Below, piece by piece: positions 38,694 through 47,499 of a stretch of DNA of 64,000 bases; positions within the stretch are counted from its first letter, which is position 1; each line of letters opens with the position of its first letter. The notes beneath the pieces are model-generated. The model did not search any database. It was not told the DNA's origin and was given only the letters and a program-made list of their open reading frames with translations. This DNA comes from Anaerolineales bacterium (GTDB lineage: Bacteria; Chloroflexota; Anaerolineae; Anaerolineales; UBA11858), in NCBI GenBank assembly GCA_034520505.1, contig JAXHNK010000007.1, positions 86,694-150,693 of the forward strand, written 5' to 3'. Both the position numbers and the translations under genes were made by a program.

Positions 38694-40934
38694 TCAGATC
38701 AGGGGAAGTTGGGGGGCGTCATAGGTCAGGGGATCAAGGTTGAATCTTTCCGGGAAGTTTTCCGGCGTGAGGCTTCCTTCCTCTGCCAGGCGGCGCAGGT
38801 GGCGGAATTTCAGGAAGCTCCAGGAATCTGCGATCAGGTCAGCCAGCGGGGGATTATGTTTAAGTTTGTGAGCGACCAGTTTTGCCCTGCTCCCGGGAAG
38901 GACGATCCAGGGGTGGGGAGGCTGCTCGGTGTGTCTGGTGATGATTTTGTTCAATAGGGCGGATGCGGAGATAAAAAAAGTGGCTTGGGTTTCACCCCCC
39001 GCAGTCCAAGTGTAGACCAGCACCTGTCCTATGGGGGGTAATTGTTTGGTCTGAAAGTTTAATTCTTCTCCTATTTTTTGCAGGTGCCCGGCGATCTCTT
39101 TCAGGTCGTGAACCCGGTTTTCAGGTTGATCGCCTGTTTTCAACGTCCATTTTGTTTCCCCGATGTCCAGGGGTTCTGCATAGGATTCCAAACATACCGA
39201 AATCAGATCCGCTGGCGGGGTGAGCAGCCCGGGGAAGGCAGCAAAAAGCTGGTCCTCCAGCTGCTTCCGGAGGGAGGATTGATCTTGACCAACCAGCAGT
39301 TGAACGAGCTCGATTTCAACCTGGTCGGAAAGGGGGCTGACCCCCGGATTTAGCTCCTGGTGCCACCAGGTATCCGGTTCTGAATAATAAAGGAATCCCT
39401 GCCTGTAGGCATAGGTTTCGTCCAGCTCTTGACTTATCTGCTGATAAATCTTATCAACTGGTGTTTTTGACCCGGGGGGAATTAAGCCGCTGTCAGCTAA
39501 CGCTGAAAGCCCGGCGGCGTATAAAGTCAGGGTGTGGCAGGGTTCTCCGGCATCCTTCAACAGCTGATATCCTGCATCTAACAGTTTTGTTTTCCGGGTT
39601 ATAGCCCTGGGCGGCTGGTCTTCGTGTGGAGCTTGCCGCCAGCTGAGCTGAGCTTGGGCTGGTCGGGAATTGAGGGCCAGACCCTGAAGGGAAATTCCCG
39701 CAGATTGGGCTGCAGTTAGAGTGGCTGATAAAAAGGAAGGGTTTAAGCCGGACAGGGTGCCAAACCAGGTGGTGTCGACATCCACGAGGCCGCTCAGGCT
39801 GGAAAGGTTGCCCTCCACAGCTCTCGCGTACCAGGTCCAATCCATATCGCTCAGGGTGAGGATATTCCGGAGGGCAGCGGCTGATTCTTGACCCCAGAGC
39901 CAACCGGACCAGAGAGCGGAGAGCGACCAGAACACGGGATTCGGATGGGGAGGGGCCACGACAATCAGAGAAATAGGCTGGCTTATTGATTCCTTGATCA
40001 GATCTCGGGAGCGGCCGGGAAAGAGGGTGATGCCGCCGTCCCGGGGAGGGAGGTCCGGCCAGTTCTGCACAGAGACAGGGGTATGCTCCCCGGGCCAGGA
40101 ATTGACACCTTCTTCAAACACATACCAGACGTTATTTTCCCGGTATTGTCCCGGGGGCTTAAGTTCGGTGAGAAGTGGGGTTTTGGAATCAGCGGGCAGG
40201 AGGGCATGACAGTGGGCGAAGGCATTCAGCAGCAAGGCAGCCAGGTGCCTTTTCATGGTCTCTTCAACCCCCAGGGCTGTGTATTTATTGATCAGGGTGA
40301 ACAGGGCATAAACCGCCCGGGGGGGATAAATGCTCAACGTTTTTTCCACGTGAGGATGGATGGGGTCTTCTGGGGAAGCAACCCGGGTCAGGGCCCGGGC
40401 ATGATAGAGAGAATTATCCCGGTAGCTCAGGGCTCGTTCAACATCATCCTCAGTGGTTTGATATTCTCCCTGATCCCCACAGTCCGGACAGCGGCAAATT
40501 TTGCGGATGGGGAGGGATTTTTTCCGGCTCCAGATAAAAGCTCGGGCAGAGATCGGGCTGCCGCACTGGGGACATTCTGTTTCGTATAGGGATAAGACAT
40601 GAGGCTCAAGGCGTTCTTTGCCTTTGAAGGAGCCGGCCAGGGCAGCCACCGCGGCGTTCAATTGATCTTTTTGGGGAGGGGTGGCTAAGGTCTTGACCAG
40701 GAATCTGGTGATGGGATTGTTAACAGCGGCCAGGTACCGGTGGCCGCTCCGGGCAGCTTCCAGGGCCAGCAGGGGGTTGCTGCCGAAAGAATCCAGCAGC
40801 AAACCCGGGGGAGGCGGCTGCCGCTCCAGCCAGACTTTAAGAACGCCTTCCCGGTATCCAGGGTAATAATCTTCGAGTGGATAGCGGATTGAAGGTCGGT
40901 TCCCGCGAATATAAGCGAAGTTGTTTTTCGGCAT
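38694..40934 (-). CDS. hypothetical Zn-ribbon protein resembling a degenerate N6/N4 DNA-methyltransferase
   Basis: I chose the ATG at 40934, 5 nt after GAGGAGGGGG (746 aa). Motif-I-like 'LLDSFGSNPLLALEAARSG..AAVNNP', Cys4 ribbon 'CPQCG...CRCPDCG', and motif-IV position 'VVAPPHPNPVFWSLSALWSGWLW'. Confidence 0.6.
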   Translation of the reverse strand: MPKNNFAYIRGNRPSIRYPLEDYYPGYREGVLKVWLERQPPPPGLLLDSFGSNPLLALEAARSGHRYLAAVNNPITRFLVKTLATPPQKDQLNAAVAALAGSFKGKERLEPHVLSLYETECPQCGSPISARAFIWSRKKSLPIRKICRCPDCGDQGEYQTTEDDVERALSYRDNSLYHARALTRVASPEDPIHPHVEKTLSIYPPRAVYALFTLINKYTALGVEETMKRHLAALLLNAFAHCHALLPADSKTPLLTELKPPGQYRENNVWYVFEEGVNSWPGEHTPVSVQNWPDLPPRDGGITLFPGRSRDLIKESISQPISLIVVAPPHPNPVFWSLSALWSGWLWGQESAAALRNILTLSDMDWTWYARAVEGNLSSLSGLVDVDTTWFGTLSGLNPSFLSATLTAAQSAGISLQGLALNSRPAQAQLSWRQAPHEDQPPRAITRKTKLLDAGYQLLKDAGEPCHTLTLYAAGLSALADSGLIPPGSKTPVDKIYQQISQELDETYAYRQGFLYYSEPDTWWHQELNPGVSPLSDQVEIELVQLLVGQDQSSLRKQLEDQLFAAFPGLLTPPADLISVCLESYAEPLDIGETKWTLKTGDQPENRVHDLKEIAGHLQKIGEELNFQTKQLPPIGQVLVYTWTAGGETQATFFISASALLNKIITRHTEQPPHPWIVLPGSRAKLVAHKLKHNPPLADLIADSWSFLKFRHLRRLAEEGSLTPENFPERFNLDPLTYDAPQLPLI

Positions 40935-41011
40935 CCCCCTCCTCACTTATCTAATAGGTTCTGGATGATCAGTTTAATAAACGACGGGTGAATTTGTTTT
41001 TCCCGTTCTGG

Positions 41012-42457
41012 TCAACTTTCGATGGTATGGAGCAGGGCGAAATTGGGTGGGACCATTTCTGCAATGGGGAAACCGGCGATAAGGACAATTTCCTGCCCGG
41101 CGTCTATCGGTGTATCCTGAATCACAGCCACGTTAACCAGTTCTAACATATCTTCCACTGTTTCAGCATGCGGAATCAGATAAGGCATTGTGCCCCAGAG
41201 CATGGATAAATAGTGGTAGGTTTTTTCCCGGGGGGTAAAAGCCAGGATGGGCACTGTGGGACGGGCTTTGGACATCAGTCTTGCTGTCCTGCCGCTGGTA
41301 GTGAAAACAGCGATGGCAGCAACTGAGCGATCATGGGCTAATTCTCTGGCGGCACGGGTAATAGAAACCGCATTATCCTGGATGTAGTCATCGGTGAGAG
41401 CAAAGTTTGATTGGCCCCATTCTTCCATATGCTTTTCGCTTTGGCGGATTATAGAAGCCATCATTTGGACTGTCTTGACAGGATATTTCCCGACCGCGGT
41501 TTCCCCGGAGAGCATCACGGCATCACTGCCGTCCAGGACTGCGTTGGCGACATCAGAAGCTTCTGCTCTCGTCGGACGGGGGGAGCTAATCATCGACTCC
41601 AGCATCTGGGTGGCGATGATCACAAAACTGAGGTGTTTGTTGGCCATGGAAATAATCCGCTTCTGGGCGATGGGGACCAGTTCTGGCTCCATTTCTATTC
41701 CTAAATCCCCCCGGGCGACCATCACTCCATCAGCGGTGTGGATGATTTCATGTAAGTTATCAATGGCATCCGGATGTTCTAATTTGGCGATGATGGGCAG
41801 GCTCTTGAGTTCCGGGTCAAGCTTGATGATTTCCTCGCGGAGACCTGCTATATCCGCGGCGGATCGGACGAAAGATAAAGCAATGATATCAACCCCGTGT
41901 TCGAGCCCAAAGTCCAGGTCCTGGAGATCCTTTTCCGTCAAACTGGGCAGGGAGAGGTTCGCGCCCGGCAAATTAATCCCTTTGTTGGGTTTCAGGGTTC
42001 CCCCCACGACCACCTCGGTGATTACGTTTTGCCCCTGAATTTCTTTGACGGATAATTCCAACTTACCATCATCAAGGAGGATTTTTCCCCCGATTTTAAC
42101 GCTGTCCGCTAAACCAGAAAAATTAACCGGGATGATGTCCTGGGTACCTGCAAAGTCCTCCGGAGATAGGATCAATTCCTGACCGTCCTGAAGTTCCACA
42201 GACCCTTCCTGGAGGGGTCCGGTGCGAATTTTCGGACCGCACAGGTCCTGCATAATAGTGATCGGACGGGAGAGCTGTTTGGCCTCTTCCCGCAAGGTCT
42301 GAATAACCTGGGCGTGGGTGGGGTGGTCCCCGTGGGAAAAGTTGATCCGGGCGATATCCATCCCCTGGGTTAAGAGCTCCCTGATAGTTTCTTGATCATT
42401 GCTGGCCGGGCCGATGGTGGCCACGATCTTGGCTTTTCTGTATTTCTGGTCTAGCAT
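41012..42457 (-). CDS. pyk: pyruvate kinase
   Basis: 481 aa: 'KIVATIGPAS', 'ARINFSHG', 'GPKIRTG', 'MVARGDLGIE' and 'ATQMLESM'. Confidence 0.95.
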   Translation of the reverse strand: MLDQKYRKAKIVATIGPASNDQETIRELLTQGMDIARINFSHGDHPTHAQVIQTLREEAKQLSRPITIMQDLCGPKIRTGPLQEGSVELQDGQELILSPEDFAGTQDIIPVNFSGLADSVKIGGKILLDDGKLELSVKEIQGQNVITEVVVGGTLKPNKGINLPGANLSLPSLTEKDLQDLDFGLEHGVDIIALSFVRSAADIAGLREEIIKLDPELKSLPIIAKLEHPDAIDNLHEIIHTADGVMVARGDLGIEMEPELVPIAQKRIISMANKHLSFVIIATQMLESMISSPRPTRAEASDVANAVLDGSDAVMLSGETAVGKYPVKTVQMMASIIRQSEKHMEEWGQSNFALTDDYIQDNAVSITRAARELAHDRSVAAIAVFTTSGRTARLMSKARPTVPILAFTPREKTYHYLSMLWGTMPYLIPHAETVEDMLELVNVAVIQDTPIDAGQEIVLIAGFPIAEMVPPNFALLHTIES

Positions 42458-42532
42458 GCGGGTTACCTCGACAAACTTAGTTAACAGAACGGTTCAGCTT
42501 GATCATCCGGGAGATCGGAAACAGCCAGCCGA

Positions 42533-43828
42533 TCAGATATAATTTAATTCGCTTGCCTCCCGGGTCAGCTGCTCCCGGAACTGGGGATGAGCAATGCCAA
42601 TCAGGGCTTTTGCCCTTTCCCGGATAGTTTTTCCATAGAGATCAGCCACTCCGAATTCGGTGACCACATAGTGAACGTGGTTCCGGGAAGTGACAACTCC
42701 GGCTCCCTTTTTTAGTGTCGTCACGATCCTGCTGAAATCTTTCGCTTTACTGGGAAGGGCGATGATGGGCACTCCGCCTTTAGAGCGGGAGGCTCCGTAG
42801 ATAAAGTCCAGCTGTCCCCCCACACCGCTGTACAATTTCGTTCCGATGCTGTCAGCACAGACTTGGCCGGTGAGGTCAATTTCGATAGCAGAGTTGATGG
42901 CCACCATCCGTTCGTTCTGGGCGATGACAAAGGGGTCATTGACATATTCCGTGCGGTGGAATTCTATCAGGGGGTTATTATGAACCCATTGATAAAGGCG
43001 TTCGGTTCCCAGGATAAACCCGGCGATGATCTTTCCCGGGTGAAGGGTTTTCTTGGCATTGGTGATCACGCCGCCCTCGACCAGGTCGATCACCCCATCG
43101 GAAAACAATTCGGTGTGGATTCCCAGGTCCTTTTTTTCAGACAGGTAATCCAGCACCGCATCTGGAATTGCCCCAATGCCCAGTTGCATCGTGGCCTGGT
43201 CGGGGATAAGCTCCGCGATGTATCCCGCGATCTGCTGAACAGTCTCCGAAGGTTCGCCGCCGCCCATAGCAAGCTCCGGAAGTTGATAGCTGACAGGCAC
43301 AATATAATCGAGGGCATTGACATGGATGAATGAATCCCCCAGGGTGCGGGGCATCTTTTCATTGACTTCGGCTATGATGATTTCTGCTGATTCGGCAGCA
43401 CTTTTGCTTAATCCCACTTCCACGCCAAAACTGCAGTAGCCGTGTTGGTCAGGAGGGGAGAGGTGGACAAAGGCAGCGTTGACCGGTAGGTGATTTTCTT
43501 TGAACAGCAGGGGAAACTCAGACAGCAGAACCGGCGTAAAATCTGCCCGTCCCTCCTGGACTGCCTGGCGGGTGTTGTGGCTGATGAACATGGTGTTCAC
43601 CCGTAAGTGGCCTTCCATCTCCGGGCTGACATAATCCGCGGATCCTATGGTCAGTGCCTGGTTAATTTCTACGTCCTCTAACTCAGGAGCCCGGTCCACT
43701 AAAGCGCTGAGGATCTTTTTGGGGACAGAGCAGTTGCCGGTTAGAAAGACCCGGTCACCAGATTTAACGGCCTTGACCGCTTCCTTGGCACCAACGACTT
43801 TATCGCGATATTGTTTGGTCCAACTCAT
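42533..43828 (-). CDS. acetyl-CoA hydrolase/transferase family protein (4-hydroxybutyrate/succinyl-CoA:acetate CoA-transferase-like)
   Basis: 431 aa with family-typical blocks 'GDRVFLTGNCSVP', 'HTELFSDG' and 'AINSAIEIDLTGQV'. Specificity not assignable. Confidence 0.75.
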   Translation of the reverse strand: MSWTKQYRDKVVGAKEAVKAVKSGDRVFLTGNCSVPKKILSALVDRAPELEDVEINQALTIGSADYVSPEMEGHLRVNTMFISHNTRQAVQEGRADFTPVLLSEFPLLFKENHLPVNAAFVHLSPPDQHGYCSFGVEVGLSKSAAESAEIIIAEVNEKMPRTLGDSFIHVNALDYIVPVSYQLPELAMGGGEPSETVQQIAGYIAELIPDQATMQLGIGAIPDAVLDYLSEKKDLGIHTELFSDGVIDLVEGGVITNAKKTLHPGKIIAGFILGTERLYQWVHNNPLIEFHRTEYVNDPFVIAQNERMVAINSAIEIDLTGQVCADSIGTKLYSGVGGQLDFIYGASRSKGGVPIIALPSKAKDFSRIVTTLKKGAGVVTSRNHVHYVVTEFGVADLYGKTIRERAKALIGIAHPQFREQLTREASELNYI

Positions 43829-43830
43829 AA

Positions 43831-44925
43831 TTATTTTCTACCTTCCAGGGCGTAAGTTAATGCTTGGTTGACGATCTTTTGCTGGTAGGTGTAAACACCA
43901 TTTTTCAGGGAGATGTTCTTCTCTAGGGCATGGTCAATGCCGGATCCAGCTACCTGCTTGATAAAAGGCCATGAGGCATTGCTCAGGGAATGGGTGGCAG
44001 TTCTTCCCAGAACTCCGGTCATATTAGGGACACAATAGTGAATGACATCCTCTTCCAGGTAAGTGGGGTTGCTGTGATTGGTAGGACGGCTGGTTTCTAA
44101 GCATCCCCCCTGATCGATGGACGCGTCAATGACAATCGAACGCGAGTGCATCAGTTTCACCATTTCCCGAGTGACAATCACCGGGGATGGAGCACCCGGG
44201 ACGAGGACAGCTCCGATAACTACATTGGCAAATTTGCAAACTTTCTCAATGTTAAAAGGATAAGAAACCAGGGTGTTCACCTGGCTGTGAAATTCACGAT
44301 CTATTTCCTGGAGCACTTCCAGAGAATTATCCAGCAGGTAGACGTTTGCTCCCAGTCCCAGGAAAACCCGGGCGGCATTCATTCCCACTGTGCCCGCTCC
44401 CAGGATGATGACATCAGCAGCCGGGATCCCCGGTACACCGCCGAGGGCGAAGCCCTTACCGCCGTAATTGTTCTGGGCCAGGGTCGCGGCGATCTGGGGG
44501 ATCATCCTGCCGGCCAGCTGGCTCATAGGTTTAAGCACAGGAAGCTTTCCCTGCTGATCTTGAATGATTTCATAACCCACGGCGGTGATATTTTTGTCCA
44601 GGAGGGATTTGACTTTGTTGGAACTGCTCGCAGAAAGATGAAGAAAGCCCATCAAAGTTAAGCCTTCCCGCATCCAGTCATACTCTTGATTGGTTGGGGG
44701 GGCAACTTTGAGGACTAATTTCGCACGACCGTAAATTTCGTCACCGCTGTAAACGATGGTTGCCCCTGCTTGTTGATAAGCGTGATCCTGAAATCCACTG
44801 CCCAGGCCGGCTTCATGTTCCACGAAAAGGTCATGGCCGTCAGCGGCAAGCAGCTGAACCCCAGCGGGCGTCAGCCCTACCCGGTATTCGGAATCACGTC
44901 GTTCTTTGGGGATGCAAATATTCAT
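43831..44925 (-). CDS. ald: alanine dehydrogenase
   Basis: 364 aa: 'IPKERRDSEYRVGLTPAGV', 'PVLKPMSQLAGRM' and Rossmann 'IILGAGTVGMNAA'. Confidence 0.85.
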   Translation of the reverse strand: MNICIPKERRDSEYRVGLTPAGVQLLAADGHDLFVEHEAGLGSGFQDHAYQQAGATIVYSGDEIYGRAKLVLKVAPPTNQEYDWMREGLTLMGFLHLSASSSNKVKSLLDKNITAVGYEIIQDQQGKLPVLKPMSQLAGRMIPQIAATLAQNNYGGKGFALGGVPGIPAADVIILGAGTVGMNAARVFLGLGANVYLLDNSLEVLQEIDREFHSQVNTLVSYPFNIEKVCKFANVVIGAVLVPGAPSPVIVTREMVKLMHSRSIVIDASIDQGGCLETSRPTNHSNPTYLEEDVIHYCVPNMTGVLGRTATHSLSNASWPFIKQVAGSGIDHALEKNISLKNGVYTYQQKIVNQALTYALEGRK

Positions 44926-44949
44926 AGGATGACCTCATCTGCTGATTGA

Positions 44950-45867
44950 TTAATTTAACAATCGGACCAGAATCGCTTTCTGAGCGTGCAGGCGGTTGTG
45001 TGCCTGAGGGAAGAGCATCGATTGGGGACCATCAGCTACCTGGTCGGTGATTTCTTCTCCACGATGGGCTGGCAGGCAGTGCATGATGATCGCATCCTCC
45101 GGGGCTTCAGAAACCAATTGTTGGTTGACCTGATACGGGGGGAAAACTTTAAGCCGTTGGTCAGCCTCTTCTCCCTGGCCCATGCTTACCCAGGTGTCGG
45201 TGTAAATCACCTGGGCGTTCTGGACCGCCTGAACGGGATCGTTGAGCAGGTTGATTTCACCTCCGCTCTCCGCCGCAATTTCTTTTCCAATCTGAATTGA
45301 TTTTTGGGGCATTTCGTAGCCAACCGGGTTAGCGATGGTGAAATTGGCACCGAGCTTGGCGCAGATATGCATCAGGGAAACCGCTACATTGTTGCCGTCA
45401 CCGACGAAGGAAACGTTGATTCCTTTCAAGTTTCCGAACACTTCGTAAATGGTAAGGGCGTCAGCCGCAGCCTGGCAGGGATGATTGTAATCGCTCAAGC
45501 CGTTGATCACCGGAATGGAGGCATAGCGGGCGAGCTCAACCACGTGCTCATGGTCAAACACCCGGGCCATAACGGCATCCACATATCCGGATACCACCCT
45601 GGCGACATCGGCGATGGACTCCCTCTTCCCCAATCCGATTTCCGCAGGTGAGAGATAAAGGGCATCACCCCCCAGATGGCGCATGGCCATGTCAAAAGAA
45701 ACGCGGGTGCGTAAGCTCGGTTTTTGAAAGATCATGGCCAATACTTTGTCTTTCAGCAGCGGCTGGTTGCCCTGCTTCTGGTGCTCGGCTTTCAATTCAA
45801 CTGCCAGGTCTAAAATATCCTGCAGCGAGGAAGAAGTTTGATCTCCGATTGTGAGAAAGTCCTTCAT
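44950..45867 (-). CDS. argF: ornithine carbamoyltransferase
   Basis: 305 aa: '[12 protein letters not shown]', 'HPCQ', 'DTWVSMG' and 'HCLPA'. Confidence 0.92.
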   Translation of the reverse strand: MKDFLTIGDQTSSSLQDILDLAVELKAEHQKQGNQPLLKDKVLAMIFQKPSLRTRVSFDMAMRHLGGDALYLSPAEIGLGKRESIADVARVVSGYVDAVMARVFDHEHVVELARYASIPVINGLSDYNHPCQAAADALTIYEVFGNLKGINVSFVGDGNNVAVSLMHICAKLGANFTIANPVGYEMPQKSIQIGKEIAAESGGEINLLNDPVQAVQNAQVIYTDTWVSMGQGEEADQRLKVFPPYQVNQQLVSEAPEDAIIMHCLPAHRGEEITDQVADGPQSMLFPQAHNRLHAQKAILVRLLN

Positions 45868-46281
45868 TTAATCGTCTCCTGGTCAAATATCTAGCTGGGA
45901 AATAGGTTACCTGAAGTATAACATGATTATCTTTCCCGGGCCTGAACCGTCTTCCATCGAGATCAGGAAAAAACTATTCCAGCGGGAAGGTCCTCAGCTG
46001 GTCTCGGATGATAAACTTATCATTAAAGAAGTAAGCTTGTATGAAGAAAAATTCACAAAAAGATTGCTGACTGAGAATTGCAAAAAAGGTTAAAAAGAAG
46101 TATGATTAGGGACACTGAACTCGTCTGTAAATTTAATCAAAGTCGTTAATCTGGATTTGGGCAGATTTTCGCGGATGAGGTAAATAAATTTAATCAAGGA
46201 ATATCCTGGAACTGAGATGGGATCAAAGAGAAAAATTTGATCTTCTAGCCAGTTCTGTCAGGATGTATTTGGAGGTTGGTG

Positions 46282-47058
46282 ATGAGCGCGAAAATATTAA
46301 TTGTCGATGATGAGAAAGCTGTCCGGGAATCCCTGGAGGAAATTCTTAAACTTGAAGATTACCAGGTGGAAATCGCATCCAGTGGAGAAAAAGCTTTAGA
46401 GTTGATCAATGAAAACGATTACGCCCTTGTGCTGCTCGACCTCAAGATGTCCGGTATTGACGGAGTAGAAGTGATGAAGCAGATCAGCCGTTATGCCCCG
46501 GAAACCAAGGTTATTATCCTGACCGGACACGGCACCCTGGAGTCAGCGATTGAAGCCCTCCGCACCGGCGCGGAAGATTATATGTTGAAACCTTTTGAAG
46601 CCTCCACCATCCTGGACAGCATTGGCCGGGCGCTGTCCAAAAACGCCCAGAAGAAACGGAAGGAGTTATTGATTGAACAATTGGAATCATCTCTGGATCA
46701 GTTGAAAGATGTAGAAGGGATCACCACCCCGGAAATGCCTTCCCGGCGGGTGATCACCCTTCCCCAGGGAATCATGGTGGACCTGGAGCGCCGTGAAATG
46801 TGGCGGGGAGGGGAGCGGGCTCACCTCACGCCCACGGAAGGTAAGCTGCTCAGTGTGTTCCTGGAAAACAGGGGGCGGGTGATGAGCCATAAGGAAATAG
46901 TTTTTCTGGTCCAGGGGTATGAGACTTCCGAATGGGAAGCTCCGGAAGTGCTGCGTCCGATGATCAGCCGCCTGCGTAAAAAGCTGGCCACTTTCCCGGA
47001 TGTAGAGGAGTGGGTGGAAAACGTCCGCGGCACCGGTTATGTTTTTGATCCCAAATAG
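46282..47058 (+). CDS. OmpR/PhoB-family response regulator (REC + winged-helix)
   Basis: ATG at 46282, 6 nt after GGAGG. REC 'ILIVDDE...LVLLDLKMSGIDG'. Trans_reg_C 'LTPTEGKLL...ISRLRKKL...VRGTGYVF'. Confidence 0.9.
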   Translation: MSAKILIVDDEKAVRESLEEILKLEDYQVEIASSGEKALELINENDYALVLLDLKMSGIDGVEVMKQISRYAPETKVIILTGHGTLESAIEALRTGAEDYMLKPFEASTILDSIGRALSKNAQKKRKELLIEQLESSLDQLKDVEGITTPEMPSRRVITLPQGIMVDLERREMWRGGERAHLTPTEGKLLSVFLENRGRVMSHKEIVFLVQGYETSEWEAPEVLRPMISRLRKKLATFPDVEEWVENVRGTGYVFDPK

Positions 47059-47085
47059 ATGGGCGTTTGCCCAACTAAAACTCAG

Positions 47086-47114
47086 AAGCTTCCCCAGGAC
47101 CGGGGAAGCTTTTT
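47086..47114 (+). terminator. intrinsic terminator after the response regulator
   Basis: AAGCTTCCCC (47086-47095) / GGGGAAGCTT (47102-47111) with a 6-nt loop, followed by TTT. Confidence 0.65.
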
Positions 47115-47220
47115 GGTTAAGGGTTGGCAGGCACCCCGGGAACACACGCCCCTAGAAAACAGGAAAGCCAGAACTGCTTGCGTGTGGGTGAAGGACAAGC
47201 TGCCCTGGTTAAAGAGAAAG

Positions 47221-47292
47221 AGCGGGTGACGGGATTCGAACCCGTGCGTGTCAGCTTGGGAAGCTGATGCCTTACCACTTGGCTACACCCGC
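47221..47292 (-). tRNA. tRNA-Gly (anticodon CCC); CCA not encoded
   Basis: Hand-folded. Acceptor GCGGGTG/CACCCGC. Anticodon stem TCAGC/GCTGA with loop TT-CCC-AA. T arm ACGGG-TTCGAAT-CCCGT. Discriminator U. Confidence 0.9.
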
Positions 47293-47499
47293 TGGGGTCA
47301 ACTTGCAAAATTCACGTGAAAAAAATTATAACAGAAAAAAAACTGCCAACAAGGGAAATGAACTTTCCCGACCTGGTTGAGGAATCCTCCGGCAATAAAG
47401 AATGGATGGATTTGTTACCGGTTTATTTATCCATCGTGCTAAACTTGGTAAAATGGAGTTAGATACAGAGACTATTCCGGGGGACAAAAGGAAGCAGGT

